A DNA stretch of 64,000 bases from Coriobacteriaceae bacterium (GCA_015062655.1 SUUG01000004.1:1140-65139), one strand, 5' to 3'; shown: positions 48,323-59,300, counted from the first letter of the stretch. Made by a program: numbers and translations. The notes: generated by a model from the sequence alone, not told the origin.

Positions 48323-48394
48323 CCGTTTTCTATAACCCCCCTGACCGGCGATCCCGGCACCTGGTCCTGGGCATCTCGCACAATAAAGAGAAGG

Positions 48395-49468
48395 TTACAT
48401 ACCAAGTGTTGCCCAGTCGATCAGGATCTGCCTTCGCAGCTCTTGCTCGCGCTCGAGGTACGCGCGGCCTTTGGGCGCAAGACGGGCTCCGACGCCGCGG
48501 GCTATGTGTCGCACGACCTCGTCCCACGTCTGGCGCTGGTACAGCTGCCTGCTTGTAAGCAACACCACGTTGTAACCCATGGACTCCAGCGCCGTCGTCC
48601 GACCGGCATCCGACAGATAGCTTTCAGCCCGATCGTGAATGAGGGCGCTTTGGCACTCCACCACCACCGTCTGCCCCTGTCCACGCGGCTCGAGAACGAT
48701 ATCCCCATAGCAGAGGCTCTTCCCTGAAATCCTCTGGGCAGCCCGCGTCAACTGGATGGGCACATTGAGCTGAACCGGGTTGATGCCCGCGCCGCCCAAC
48801 GACCGAGGGAAGCTCAGCAGCATGGCCGCCTGTACCTCGAACGGTGAGGCGGCGACCCCTCGCACGAGGGACGCGGCCCTTTTGAACTTCTTGCAGCCGT
48901 GCATTCCCTCTATCATGCTCGACGCGCGCTCCAGGTCGGATACGTCAAGCAGCGCGGGGCGCCTCCAAAGTGCGGTCGGCCTGCCCGACGCGTCGCGCAC
49001 AGGCTTCCAATCGTCATGGCACCGGCCGCCACCGGCGCTCGATATCTCGTCGATCATCCCATCGAGACAGGCCGGGGCGCTGAAAACCGTGAACGTCCCG
49101 CACAGCTCGTACATGGCCATGCAGAGCTGGGGGACCGACAACGAGCGCGCCATCGTGGCCAGCGCCAGCAACGGCGACACCGAGAGCTCCTCATGCTGCG
49201 GGCCAAACGGGTCCCATCCGGGCAGCTCCGGTAGGAAGTGCCCCTTCACGCCCTGAATCCCTGAGCACGCCCCGCGCCTCTCAGTCAGGATGTGCAGAGG
49301 CGAGGAGAACAGGCCGGCTCCGCCCTTCACGTCCAGAACGCCGAATTGCATCAGCGCCTCTCGCCCGATCGGGGTGCCCAGGCACTCCGGTCCGGGAAGC
49401 ATCTCCCTGATAAGCGGCGGGATGCGATGGTATTGAAATGCGGAGGCGCCGCAGAGGATGCGTTCCAT
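48395..49468 (-). CDS. Hypothetical protein with a C-terminal DUF559/Vsr-like PD-(D/E)XK nuclease domain
   Basis: AASPFEVQAAMLL then YGDIVL...VVVECQS..IHD...SDAGRTTALESMGYNVVLLTSRQL, the pattern of DUF559-type folds; ATG 49468. Confidence 0.7.
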   Translation of the reverse strand: MERILCGASAFQYHRIPPLIREMLPGPECLGTPIGREALMQFGVLDVKGGAGLFSSPLHILTERRGACSGIQGVKGHFLPELPGWDPFGPQHEELSVSPLLALATMARSLSVPQLCMAMYELCGTFTVFSAPACLDGMIDEISSAGGGRCHDDWKPVRDASGRPTALWRRPALLDVSDLERASSMIEGMHGCKKFKRAASLVRGVAASPFEVQAAMLLSFPRSLGGAGINPVQLNVPIQLTRAAQRISGKSLCYGDIVLEPRGQGQTVVVECQSALIHDRAESYLSDAGRTTALESMGYNVVLLTSRQLYQRQTWDEVVRHIARGVGARLAPKGRAYLEREQELRRQILIDWATLGM

Positions 49469-49663
49469 GACGTGGCCTTTCGATCGCCCAGCTGACCAGC
49501 CGAGCATGCCACACCCCATCTACGCGCCTTGTATACGAAGTCTGCTGAAATCTGACAGAGAGGTGCCCCGCAGCTGAACCGCCCTGCTCGCACCTGCCGC
49601 AGAACCGCAGACGCCCACAAAACCGCGCAAGAAACTTCACGAAACGGGCGAAAACCCTCGCCG

Positions 49664-50509
49664 TTACGCCCCGTGCCCCGAGATCTCCGCGCGCTCGGCG
49701 AACCGCGCCTCCGTCGCTTCGAGGACCTCGGCGAACGTGTTCGCGAAGAACTCATCGGTGAGCAGCCGGTACGCGGCATGCTCCTCAAAGCCGCCGTTCG
49801 TACGAACGATCTCGTGCGCCACACCCACGGCCTCGAGCACGAATCGGCGCTTGAGCGGATACTGCGGAAACGCCTCGGCCGCCAAAAGCAGCCGCTCGCT
49901 CGCCTGCGGCACCGATGCGATCCGGCGCGTGCGTCCAAACGCGTCGAAATCCGCCTGCTTCTTGATGCGGAACTGCTCGCTCGGTTTTCCGCCGTGGGCA
50001 TCGAGGTACTCGTTCACCCGGGTGTTCCACAGGTTGTCGGCCAGCAGGTGGGCCCAGGCTCCGAGCACGAGGTCGAGCGTGGAGCGCCGCAGCTCGCAGC
50101 GGCTCGGCGCGGCGTCGGGCGCGGCCGGGGCCGCCGGCGCCCCCGCACCCGCGCAGCGCTTCGGGAAGTGCACCCGGTTCAGGGATTCCTGCTCCTCACC
50201 GATGGAGCGAATCGGCACGATCCCCGCCGCGCCCTCAGCATCGAGCCGTCCCTGCCCCCTCAAGAGCGGCGCCACGAACGTGTCCCAGAACTCCCCCTCA
50301 CGCGGCTTCGGGATGGGCTCCTCGGCGGCGAAGTGCGTGATCCGGTACGGGATGGGTTCCTCCACGCCGGGAACCATGTAGCCCACCATGATGTCGGGCA
50401 CGACGTTGCCGAAGAGGAAGGCGTTTCGATCCCGCACGGCGCGCGCGAGCGCGCCGCCGCGCGCAAGCAGTTCCTCCGTCTGAGCGATATGTATGTTCCA
50501 GCTCGGCAT
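49664..50509 (-). CDS. Zinc-dependent phospholipase C/P1-nuclease-like family protein
   Basis: MPSWNIH, FLFGNVVPD, THF, GAWAHLLAD metal-ligand pattern. Confidence 0.6.
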   Translation of the reverse strand: MPSWNIHIAQTEELLARGGALARAVRDRNAFLFGNVVPDIMVGYMVPGVEEPIPYRITHFAAEEPIPKPREGEFWDTFVAPLLRGQGRLDAEGAAGIVPIRSIGEEQESLNRVHFPKRCAGAGAPAAPAAPDAAPSRCELRRSTLDLVLGAWAHLLADNLWNTRVNEYLDAHGGKPSEQFRIKKQADFDAFGRTRRIASVPQASERLLLAAEAFPQYPLKRRFVLEAVGVAHEIVRTNGGFEEHAAYRLLTDEFFANTFAEVLEATEARFAERAEISGHGA

Positions 50510-50656
50510 GCCCACCCCTCGCGCGTCGCCAACGCTCCCCAGTATACGGCGGCCCGCAGCCCGGCGCTGCCGCGAGCACATATGAAAACGGGCCGCCACC
50601 CGGCAGGATGACGGCCCGCAAACGCCGCGGAACCTGGTGCCCCTTCCCTGCTGCGG

Positions 50657-53110
50657 CTACGAACGCACCTCGCCCTTCACGGCACGGCACACCTTGGTCA
50701 CGAGCTTGTCGTGCACCCGCTCGACCTCCTCGCTGGTGAGCGTGCGGTCCTCGGCCTGGTAGGTGAGGGAGAACGCCATCGACTTCTTGCCGACACCCAC
50801 GCGCACGGGGTCGCGGTACACGTCGAACAGGCGCGCGCCGGCGAGCAGCTTGCCGCCCGCGCTCTGGATCCGCTGCACCAGGTCCTGGTACGTGACGGAC
50901 TCGTCGACCACGATCGCGAGGTCCACGTCCACGCTCGGGAAGCTCGAGAAGCCCTGGTAGCGCTCCTGGCCCCGCGCGGCGCGCAGCAGCTGCTCCACGT
51001 TGAGCTCGAAGGCCGCCACCGGCATGTCGATATCCAGCTCGGCAAGGGCGCTCGGATGCACCTCGCCCACCCAGCCGAGCACGGTGCCGCCCGAGAGCAC
51101 CTCGGCCGCGCGGCCGGGCTGCAAGAACGCGTAGCCGTCGCCCTCAGCCACGCGGAAGCGCACCTTGGCCACGCGCAGCTGCCCGAGCAGCTCCTCGACC
51201 ACGCCCTTCGCCTCGAAGAAGCGCAACGCCCCGTGCTTGTGGTTCCAGGTGTCCTCCGCGGCCGCACCGGACAGCACGCCCGCCACCGAGCGCACCTCCT
51301 TGGGCAGGCTCGCGCGCTCGCGGCCGTAAAAGAGCGTCCCCACCTCGTAGAGCAGCACGTTCGAGGTGCCGTGGGCCTCGTTGTAGGCAACCGAGGCGAG
51401 AAGTCCCGGCAGCAGTGAGCGGCGCATCTCGGTCTGCTCGGCCACGAGCGGGTTCATGAGCGTGACCGGCGTGCCGCGGCCCTCGTCCGTCATGCCGATG
51501 CGCGCGAGATCCCCCGGGGCCGCGAAGCTGAAGCTCGTGGCCTCGTTGAGCCCCGAGGCGCGGAGGATCCGGCCGATCCGGCGCAGCTGGCGCTGCTCGA
51601 GCGTGAGCCCGCCGACGTGGTTTCGCGCCGCGGGCAGCGTGGCCTCGACCCGGCCCATGCCCCACAGGCGCAGGATCTCCTCGATGAGGTCGATCTCGCG
51701 CGGGAGGTCGGGGCGGAAGCTCGGGGGCGTCACGCGGAAGTCCTCGCCGGCGCGCTCGACCGCGCACCCGAGGCGCGTGAGGGCGCGCTCGATGAACGCC
51801 GGGTCGATCTCGGCGCCCGTGAGCGCATGCACGCGGGCAAGCCGCAGCGTCAGCGGCTCGATCTCGCGCGGCGCGGGGTAGACGTCCACGCGACCGGGCG
51901 CCACCGCGCCGCCGGCGAGCTCCTCGATGAGGGCGCAGGCCACGTCCGCCACGTCCGCGCAGCCGGTCTCGTCCACCTGGCGCTCGAAGCGGATGCTCGC
52001 GTCGGAGATCAGCGTGAGGTCGCGGCTCGTATGGCTCGTGCGCCCGGCGTTGAAGCAGGCGCTCTCCACGAGCACGTCCACGGTATCGTCCTCGATCTCG
52101 GAGTCCATGCCGCCCATGACGCCCGCGAGCGCCACGGGCCGCTCGCCGTCGGTGATGAGCGCCATGCCGGCGGCGAGCTCGCGCTCCACCCCGTCGAGCG
52201 TGGTGAACCGCTCCCCTTCGCCGGCGGCGCGCACCGTCACCTGCCGACGGCCGTCGCGCGCAGCGAAGCTCGAGAGGTCGAAGGCGTGCAGGGGCTGGCC
52301 CGTGAGCATCATCACGTAGTTCGTGATGTCGACGATGTTGTTGTGCGGGCGGATGTTCAGCGCCGCGAGCCGCTTCACGAGCCAGTCGGGCGAGGGCCCC
52401 ACCTTCACGCCGCGCACGATGCGCGCGACGTAGCGGCTGCACAACGCGGGGTCGTCGATCGAGACGGAGAGCTCATCGGCCACCGGGGCGCCGACCTCGA
52501 CCTTGATCGCGGGCAGATCGACGTGGAAGTCGCGGTCGTAGATGGCACCGACCTCGCGCGCGATCCCCGTCATGGAGAGGCAGTCGGGGCGGTTCGGGGT
52601 GATCTCGCAGTCGAGCACCGTGTCCGAGGTGCCGAGGTACTCGGCGAGCGGCATGCCCACCGGGGCGTCCTCGGGCAGGATCCATATGCCCGCGTGGTCA
52701 CCCGAGAGGCCGAGCTCGCGCTCGGAGCAGTTCATCCCCGCCGACACCTGACCGCGGAGCTTGCCCTTCTTGATCTCCATCCCGCCGGGGAGCACCGCGC
52801 CCACGAGCGCGGTGACGATGTGGTCCCCCTCGCTGAAGTTCTGGGCGCCGCAGACGATCTGCAGCGGGGCGGGCTCGCCGTCCTCGCCGAGGTTGAAGCG
52901 GCCCACGTCCACCTGGCAGACCCAGAGGTGGTCGGAATCCGGATGGGCGACCTTCCCGACGACCTGCGCCGTGACGATCCGGTCGAAACCCTCGCCGACG
53001 GTCTCGACGGCCTCCACCTCGGTGCCCGTCCGCACGAACTCGCGCACGAGCTCGGCGGGGTCCTCGGGCAGCTCGACCATGGTTTTCAGCCACTCATATG
53101 AAACACGCAT
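50657..53110 (-). CDS. pheT: Phenylalanine--tRNA ligase beta subunit
   Basis: QIVCGAQN, ITPNRPDCLS, NNIVDITNY, FERQVD, RPDLPREIDLIEE, C-terminal FDX-ACB (RDLAIVV-like, LFDVY). Confidence 0.97.
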   Translation of the reverse strand: MRVSYEWLKTMVELPEDPAELVREFVRTGTEVEAVETVGEGFDRIVTAQVVGKVAHPDSDHLWVCQVDVGRFNLGEDGEPAPLQIVCGAQNFSEGDHIVTALVGAVLPGGMEIKKGKLRGQVSAGMNCSERELGLSGDHAGIWILPEDAPVGMPLAEYLGTSDTVLDCEITPNRPDCLSMTGIAREVGAIYDRDFHVDLPAIKVEVGAPVADELSVSIDDPALCSRYVARIVRGVKVGPSPDWLVKRLAALNIRPHNNIVDITNYVMMLTGQPLHAFDLSSFAARDGRRQVTVRAAGEGERFTTLDGVERELAAGMALITDGERPVALAGVMGGMDSEIEDDTVDVLVESACFNAGRTSHTSRDLTLISDASIRFERQVDETGCADVADVACALIEELAGGAVAPGRVDVYPAPREIEPLTLRLARVHALTGAEIDPAFIERALTRLGCAVERAGEDFRVTPPSFRPDLPREIDLIEEILRLWGMGRVEATLPAARNHVGGLTLEQRQLRRIGRILRASGLNEATSFSFAAPGDLARIGMTDEGRGTPVTLMNPLVAEQTEMRRSLLPGLLASVAYNEAHGTSNVLLYEVGTLFYGRERASLPKEVRSVAGVLSGAAAEDTWNHKHGALRFFEAKGVVEELLGQLRVAKVRFRVAEGDGYAFLQPGRAAEVLSGGTVLGWVGEVHPSALAELDIDMPVAAFELNVEQLLRAARGQERYQGFSSFPSVDVDLAIVVDESVTYQDLVQRIQSAGGKLLAGARLFDVYRDPVRVGVGKKSMAFSLTYQAEDRTLTSEEVERVHDKLVTKVCRAVKGEVRS

Positions 53111-53155
53111 TGAAACGTTCCTTCCTGAAGCTCCTGAATCGGGTCCGCGGCGATG

Positions 53156-54232
53156 CTAGAACTGCGCGAGGAAGCGCATGTCGCCGGTCATGAGGGTGCG
53201 GAGGTCGGGCAGGTCGTAGCGGAGCGCCGCGATGCGCTCCACCCCCGCGCCGAAGGCGAACCCGGAGAACTCCTCGGGATCGATGCCGCAGTTCATGAGC
53301 ACGTTGGGGTCGACCATGCCGGCTCCCAGGATCTCGATCCACCCCGAGTGCTTGCAGAAGCTGCAGCCCTCGCCGTGGCAGACCCCGCAGGAGACGTCGA
53401 TCTCGCAGGAGGGCTCGGTGAACGGGAAGAAGTGCGGCCGATAGCGCGTGCGCCGGTCCTCGCCGAACATCGCGCGGACGAAGTGGTCGAGCGTGCCCTT
53501 GAGATCCCCGAAGGTGATGCCGCGGTCGACGACCAGGCCCTCGACCTGGTTGAACTGGGGCAGGTGGCTCGCATCGGCGGTGTCGGGACGGAAGACGCGG
53601 CCCGGGGCGATCATGTAGATCGGCGGCTCCTGCGTCTCCATCGTGTGGATCTGCACGCCCGAGGTCTGGGTGCGCAGCAGGATGTCGGACTCACCGTGCG
53701 CGTGCTCCTCGGGGTGCGAGACGGAGCCCGGCGCGTTGTCGACCACGTAGAACGTGTCACGGGCCGAGCGGCTCGGATGGTCCGTCGGCGCGTTCAGGGC
53801 CGTGAAGTTGTAGTAGCTCGACTCGACCTGCGGGCCGGATTCCACCGTGTAGCCGATGCCGCAGAAGACGTCCTCGATCTCCTCGATGATCTGGCTGATG
53901 AGGTGCTGGTGGCCGATCGCGGGACGTGTGCCCGGCAAGGTGATGTCGATCGCCTCGGCCGCGAGGCGGCGCTCCTGAGCCTCACGGCGCATGGCCTCCA
54001 TGCGGCTGTTGAACAGGGACTCAACCGCGGCGCGGATCTCGTTGGCGCGGCGCCCCACGAGCGGGCGCTCCTCGGGGGCGAGCTTGCCCATCATGCGCAT
54101 CAGGCCCGTGAGCTCGCCCTTGCGGCCGAGCAGCGCCACGCGCGCGGCCTCGAGCCCCTCCTCCGTGGACGCCTCGGATACGAGTTCGCGCGCCTGCGCC
54201 TCCAGCTGCTCCAGATCGTCGATCAGACTCAT
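53156..54232 (-). CDS. pheS: Phenylalanine--tRNA ligase alpha subunit
   Basis: HPSRSARDTFY, LLRTQTS, HLPQFNQVEG, FPFTEPS, EILGAGMV, FAFGAGVERIA; ATG 54232. Confidence 0.97.
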   Translation of the reverse strand: MSLIDDLEQLEAQARELVSEASTEEGLEAARVALLGRKGELTGLMRMMGKLAPEERPLVGRRANEIRAAVESLFNSRMEAMRREAQERRLAAEAIDITLPGTRPAIGHQHLISQIIEEIEDVFCGIGYTVESGPQVESSYYNFTALNAPTDHPSRSARDTFYVVDNAPGSVSHPEEHAHGESDILLRTQTSGVQIHTMETQEPPIYMIAPGRVFRPDTADASHLPQFNQVEGLVVDRGITFGDLKGTLDHFVRAMFGEDRRTRYRPHFFPFTEPSCEIDVSCGVCHGEGCSFCKHSGWIEILGAGMVDPNVLMNCGIDPEEFSGFAFGAGVERIAALRYDLPDLRTLMTGDMRFLAQF

Positions 54233-54254
54233 GTCTTCCCTTCCGTCTTGCCAT

Positions 54255-54522
54255 AAAAAACCGCCCCTGCATGCCCCTCGTGGGACAGGCAAGGGCGGAT
54301 GATTCCGCGGTACCACCTCGCTTGGCTGCCGGATGTGCCCCCGGCATGCCCGCTTTGGCCCGGTCTCGTCCGGACGGACGGCTCCCCTACTCAGCGGACG
54401 CCGCCGTTCAGGTCGCTGCTCGGGAGTGAACTCGGCGCGTCGTCGCGGGACGGGGCTTGCAGCCCACGGCTCCGTCTCTCTCGACCGCGACCAGCGAGGC
54501 GCCGACCTCTCCGTCATCACGT
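54255..54522 (-). ncRNA. T-box riboswitch, Phe-specific, transcription-attenuation type
   Basis: Specifier GAG-TTC-ACT (UUC at 54428-54430), AAGCGAGGTGGTACCGCG T-box, then terminator CCGCCC...GGGCGG-TTTTTT (54255-54298); TGn-TATCCT -10 upstream. Confidence 0.92.
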
Positions 54523-54722
54523 TGGGGGCAAGGATAGCACATCGGGACAAGCAGCGTGATGCGGACCGCCCCGCGCCGCGCCCCCAGATGCCGAGCGTTC
54601 GTAATTGCCGCTTTTCGCGGCCGAAAATGCCGAATTGCGAACGCTCGGCATCCACGCGCTACACTGGTGCCACCGCAAGACCCGCCGCCCGCACGGGTGG
54701 CCCGCGCGCAAAGGAGACCGCC

Positions 54723-56249
54723 ATGGAAGCGCCCTCATCCACACCCGACCAGCTCACCTCAGACCTCCGCGCCCTCGAGCGCGAGCTCTGGACGCAGGAG
54801 TACCTCATGAAGATCTCCGAGTTCGACGGGGCGACGGTCGCCCCTGAGAAGGGGGCCGCCGCCCGCGGCGAGGCGCTCGGCTACCTCGCGGCCAAGAACC
54901 ACGCGCTCCTCACCGGCGAGCGCGCGCAGGAGCTTGTCCGGGCCGGCGAGGCGGCCGTGGAGCGCGGCGACATCACCGACGCCCAGCTCGCCGACGAGAT
55001 CCGCGTCCTCGCCCGCGACCAACGCGAGGCGCAGGCCATCCCCGAGGAGGACGAGGTCGCCTTCACCCGCCTCGTCTGCGAGGCCGACGCCGTCTGGCAC
55101 AAGGCCAAAAACGCCAGCGACTGGGAGTCCTTCGAGCCCTACATCGACCGCCTCGTCGCCGCCATCAAACGCCGCGCCGAGCTCATCGACCCGGACCGCG
55201 ACCCCTACGACGTCATGCTCGACCAGTACGAGCGCGGCCTCACCGCAGCCCAGTTCGACGCCTTCTGCACCGAGGTGCGCGGCACCGTGGTCCCGCTCGT
55301 CGCCGAGATCGGCGAGCGGCCGCAACCCGAGGCCGCCTTCCTCAACGCCCACGTGCCCGAGGGCGTCCAGCGCTCCCTCTCCTACGACCTCATGCGCCTC
55401 GTCGGGCTCGATATGGAGGCCTCCGCGCTCGCCTTCACCGAGCACCCCTTCTCCGAGGGCTTCGCCTCCGGCGACGCGCGCGTGACCACGCACATCTTCG
55501 AGGACAACCTCATGTCCAACGTCTACTCGGTGATCCACGAGGCCGGTCACGCCATCTACGAGCAAAACGTCGACCCCGCCTACGCGTGCACGCGCCTCGA
55601 GGGCGGAACCTCCCTCGGCATCCACGAGAGCCAAAGCCGCCTGTTCGAGAACACGATCGGCCGCTCTCGCGCGTTCATGGGGCCACTGCTCAGGGTGCTC
55701 CGCGCCCACGCACCCGAGGTGTACGGCCAGGTGTCCGAGGACGAGCTCTACCGCGCTGTGAACATCGCCCAGCCCTCGCTCATCCGCACCGAGGCCGACG
55801 AGCTCACCTACCCGCTCCACATCATGATCCGCTACGAGATCGAGCGCGAGCTCTTCTCAGGCGAGGCGCGGGCCTGCGACATCCCCCGGCGCTGGGCCGA
55901 CCTCACCCGGCACTACCTCGGCCTCGAGGTGCCCGACCACGCGCGCGGCGCGCTGCAGGACACGCACTGGAGCGGTGGCAGCTTCGGCTACTTCCCCACC
56001 TACGCCCTCGGCTCCGCCTACGACGCGCAGTTCCTGCCCGCCCTCGAGCGCGACGGCGTCGACGTGGACGCGGCGGCGGCGTCGGGTGACCTCGCCCCCG
56101 TGCGCGCCTGGCTGTGCGAGAAGATCTGGCGCCACGGCCGCGCGAAGGACGCGCCCGAGCTGATCCAGGCCGCCTGCGGCGCCCCGCTCGACGCCGGCTT
56201 CTACTGCGACTACCTCAAGCGGAAGTTCGGCGAGCTCTACGGCCTGTAA
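54723..56249 (+). CDS. Carboxypeptidase, M32 (Taq-type)
   Basis: EHPF, HEAGH (HEXXH), HESQ, IRTEADE, QDTHWSGG, GYFPTYALG. Confidence 0.94.
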   Translation: MEAPSSTPDQLTSDLRALERELWTQEYLMKISEFDGATVAPEKGAAARGEALGYLAAKNHALLTGERAQELVRAGEAAVERGDITDAQLADEIRVLARDQREAQAIPEEDEVAFTRLVCEADAVWHKAKNASDWESFEPYIDRLVAAIKRRAELIDPDRDPYDVMLDQYERGLTAAQFDAFCTEVRGTVVPLVAEIGERPQPEAAFLNAHVPEGVQRSLSYDLMRLVGLDMEASALAFTEHPFSEGFASGDARVTTHIFEDNLMSNVYSVIHEAGHAIYEQNVDPAYACTRLEGGTSLGIHESQSRLFENTIGRSRAFMGPLLRVLRAHAPEVYGQVSEDELYRAVNIAQPSLIRTEADELTYPLHIMIRYEIERELFSGEARACDIPRRWADLTRHYLGLEVPDHARGALQDTHWSGGSFGYFPTYALGSAYDAQFLPALERDGVDVDAAAASGDLAPVRAWLCEKIWRHGRAKDAPELIQAACGAPLDAGFYCDYLKRKFGELYGL

Positions 56250-56341
56250 GCAGCCGCGTTCCCATATGCCCCGCGCAACGCGAACGGGGGCGGCCAGCAT
56301 CGCGCCGGCCGCCCCCGTTTCATGAATCCGCACAGTGGGGC

Positions 56342-59300
56342 TTACCCCAAAAGCTCCACGACGTTCAGGTCGAGCTCGCTCGCCTCGATGATCTCGCGGC
56401 TGCCGAAGACGCACAGCGGCGCCTCCGCGGCTGCCCGCGTGATCTCGGCCCCAAGCCGGCGCAGGTCAGACGGGGTGGTCTGGAGCACCTGCTCGCGCAG
56501 GGTCGCGCGCCAGCCCGCCGGGCGACGGCTGAAGAACTCGCCGTCCTGGCGCAGCGCGAGCGCGAAGGGCTTGAGCGGGGCGTCGAAGCCCGCGGCGGTG
56601 CTCACGATGAAGCCCTCGAACGCGGCCTCGTCGGGCTCGAAGGCGGCCAGCCACTCCCCGGCGCCGGCGATGCGCACCTGGGAGGCGTCGAGCGCGGGAT
56701 CCCGATAGGTGTAGAACGCGAGCTGCCGGTCGTCGCGGGCGCGGAAGCCGCAACCGTAGGCGCCGCCCTTCACGCGGATCTCGTTCCACAGGTAATCGTA
56801 GGAGAGCACCTGCGAGGCCACGTTCCACGTCCCGTTTGTCTCGATCCCGAGCACGCGGGGATCCGTGGCGCGCGCCGCGTAGCACACGTCGCTCGGGATC
56901 ACGAAGGCCTCGGACTTCGGCTCGGGCCAGCGCACCATGAGCTCCTTCTCCGGGGCCGTGCGCTTCGTGAGGCCAAGGGCGCCGCCCATCTCCCAAAAGC
57001 GGGCGTAGTCCTCATCGGACCCGGTGAAGCTCGCCGTCAGGCCCGTCGAGGTGAAGACGCGCTCCTGGAGGTTCCGCATCCGCTCGATGAGCTCGCCCTT
57101 GCGCTCATCGAAGTGCTCGAGCAGGTCGCTGACGAAACGGTAGAAGTCGACGCCGCCCATCTGCTGGGACGCCACCGCCGCCGGGGAGACGTAGCTCATC
57201 GCGCGACTGAGCGCCACCAAGTGGCCGGAGTTCAGGAAGGACTGCTCCATCCTGATCTTGAGCTGGCCGAGCACGTCGCGGATGCGCCCCTCGTCCTCGA
57301 ACAGAGTCTCGGACCACACCTCGCGCGGGATCTCGACCAGGTGCTCGAGCTTCTCGGAGAGCGCCGCGGCCGACATCTTGAGGACCGGGCGCGCGAGGCG
57401 CCAGTCCGGCTGCTGGAAGACCGCGGTTGAGAACGAGAGGAAGCCGAGGTTCGCCGTGATGTGGCTGTCGAGCTCGTCGGCGCTGCGCCGCTTCGTGGCG
57501 AGCTGCTGCAGGAGGTTCGCCATGACGGACGCGTAGGCGAGCTCCGCGAAGCTCACGTGCGTGAGGTCGAAGTAGAGCGTGAGGTACGCGATCCCGCGGG
57601 TGGGGATGGCGTGCTTCAAGCAGGTGATCGGGGCGGTCGTGTCGACCGTGAGCGCCGGTTCGGGACGGGCCGGGCCGATGTCGGACACGCGCAGGCGCGG
57701 CAGGGTCGCCTTCGCCTCGGGCGTGTCGGGCGCCTCCTGGACGCGGCGCAGCGCGGCGACGTTCTCGACCACCCGGTCAAGCTCGTCGTCATCCATGGCC
57801 GCGCGCTTCCCCTCGAGGTCCGCACCCGGCGCGTCGGCGGCGGGCTCGTCAACCGGCACCAGCTCGACCAGGGCATGGTGGCCGCTCTCGAGCACGATCT
57901 CGCGCAGCAGATCCTCGAAGAAGCTGCCCTCGAGCTCGCGGTGCAGCTCGGCGTACACCGGACCGTAGGAGAGGGCCAGCGTCGCGGCGTCATCGTCGTA
58001 CAGCCAGGTTGAAAGAGCGTCGCAGGCGAGCACGACGCCGTCGGCCGTGCCGAAGTCGCGCTGGCGCAGGTCGAACTCGTTGCTGGACAGCACCGCCTCC
58101 AAGCGCGCGCGGGGGATGCCCTCCTCAACCAGGCGGCGGCACTCGTCCTCGATGACGCGACGGAGCTCGCGGGCCGCATCCTCCTTGGCTCCTTGCAGGA
58201 TGATGAGTTCATAGGGCTGCAGGCACGCGGACTGGGTGTAGCTGATCACGTTGCCGCCCAGCCCGGCCGCGAGGATGGCCTTCTTCACCGGCGCCTCGTT
58301 TGAGCCGAGCAGCGCCTCGAAGAGGATACCTGCGCCGATCACGCGCTTGCGGTCGAGGGCGTCGGCGCCGAGCGCGTAGGCCATGCCCGCCAACGCGTGC
58401 TCGGGGGCCGTCGTCATCTTGATGCGCCGGTAGTCGCAGGCGACCGGCTCCTGGCAAAGGAGCGGGTTCGGACCCGCGGCGAGGGCGCGGTCGATCGCGG
58501 CCGGGTCGGGAGCGGCCGAACGGCGTGCTGCCGCATCGCGCTCACGCACCTCGTCACCGAGGTAGCGCTCCTCGAGAAACGCTAGGACGCGGGCGACGTC
58601 GAGGTCGCCGTAGAGCGTGATGTAGCTGTTCGCGAGGTTGTAGTGGCGCGCGTGGTTGTCGAGGAAGGCCTGGTAGGTGAGGTCGGGGATGTGGCGCGGG
58701 TCGCCGCCGCTCTCGCAGGCGTAGGCCGTGTCGGGGAAGAGCGCCGCCGCGACCGCATCGTCGAGCACGCTCATCGGGTCGGAGAGCGCGCCCTTCATCT
58801 CGTTGTAGACCACGCCGTTGTAGCGCAGCTTCGAGGCCGGGTCAGAGGCCGCGGCCCCCTCGGGCACGTCGAGCTCGAGGTGCCAGCCCTCCTGCTCGAA
58901 AATGCTCGGCTTGGTGTAGATAGCCGGATTCAGCACCGCGTCCATGTAGACGTCCATGAGGTTGAGCAGGTCCTGCTCGTTCGTGCTCGCCACGGGGTAG
59001 ACGGTCTTGTCCGGGTAGGTCATGGCGTTCAGGAAGGTCTGCATCGAGCTTTTGATGAGGTCGGCGAACGGCTCCTTGACCGGGAACTTGGCCGATCCGC
59101 AAAGCACCGAGTGCTCCAGGATATGGAAGACGCCCGTGCTGTCGGTGGGCGGGGTCTTGAAGCCGATCGCGAATGCCTTGTTCTCGTCCTCGCTCGCGAG
59201 GTGGAGCAGGCGGGCGCCGGACGCCCGGTGGCGCAGCACATAGGCGGTGACATCGAGCTCGGGGATCTCCTCCCGGCGCTCGACGGTGAAGCCGGAGATC

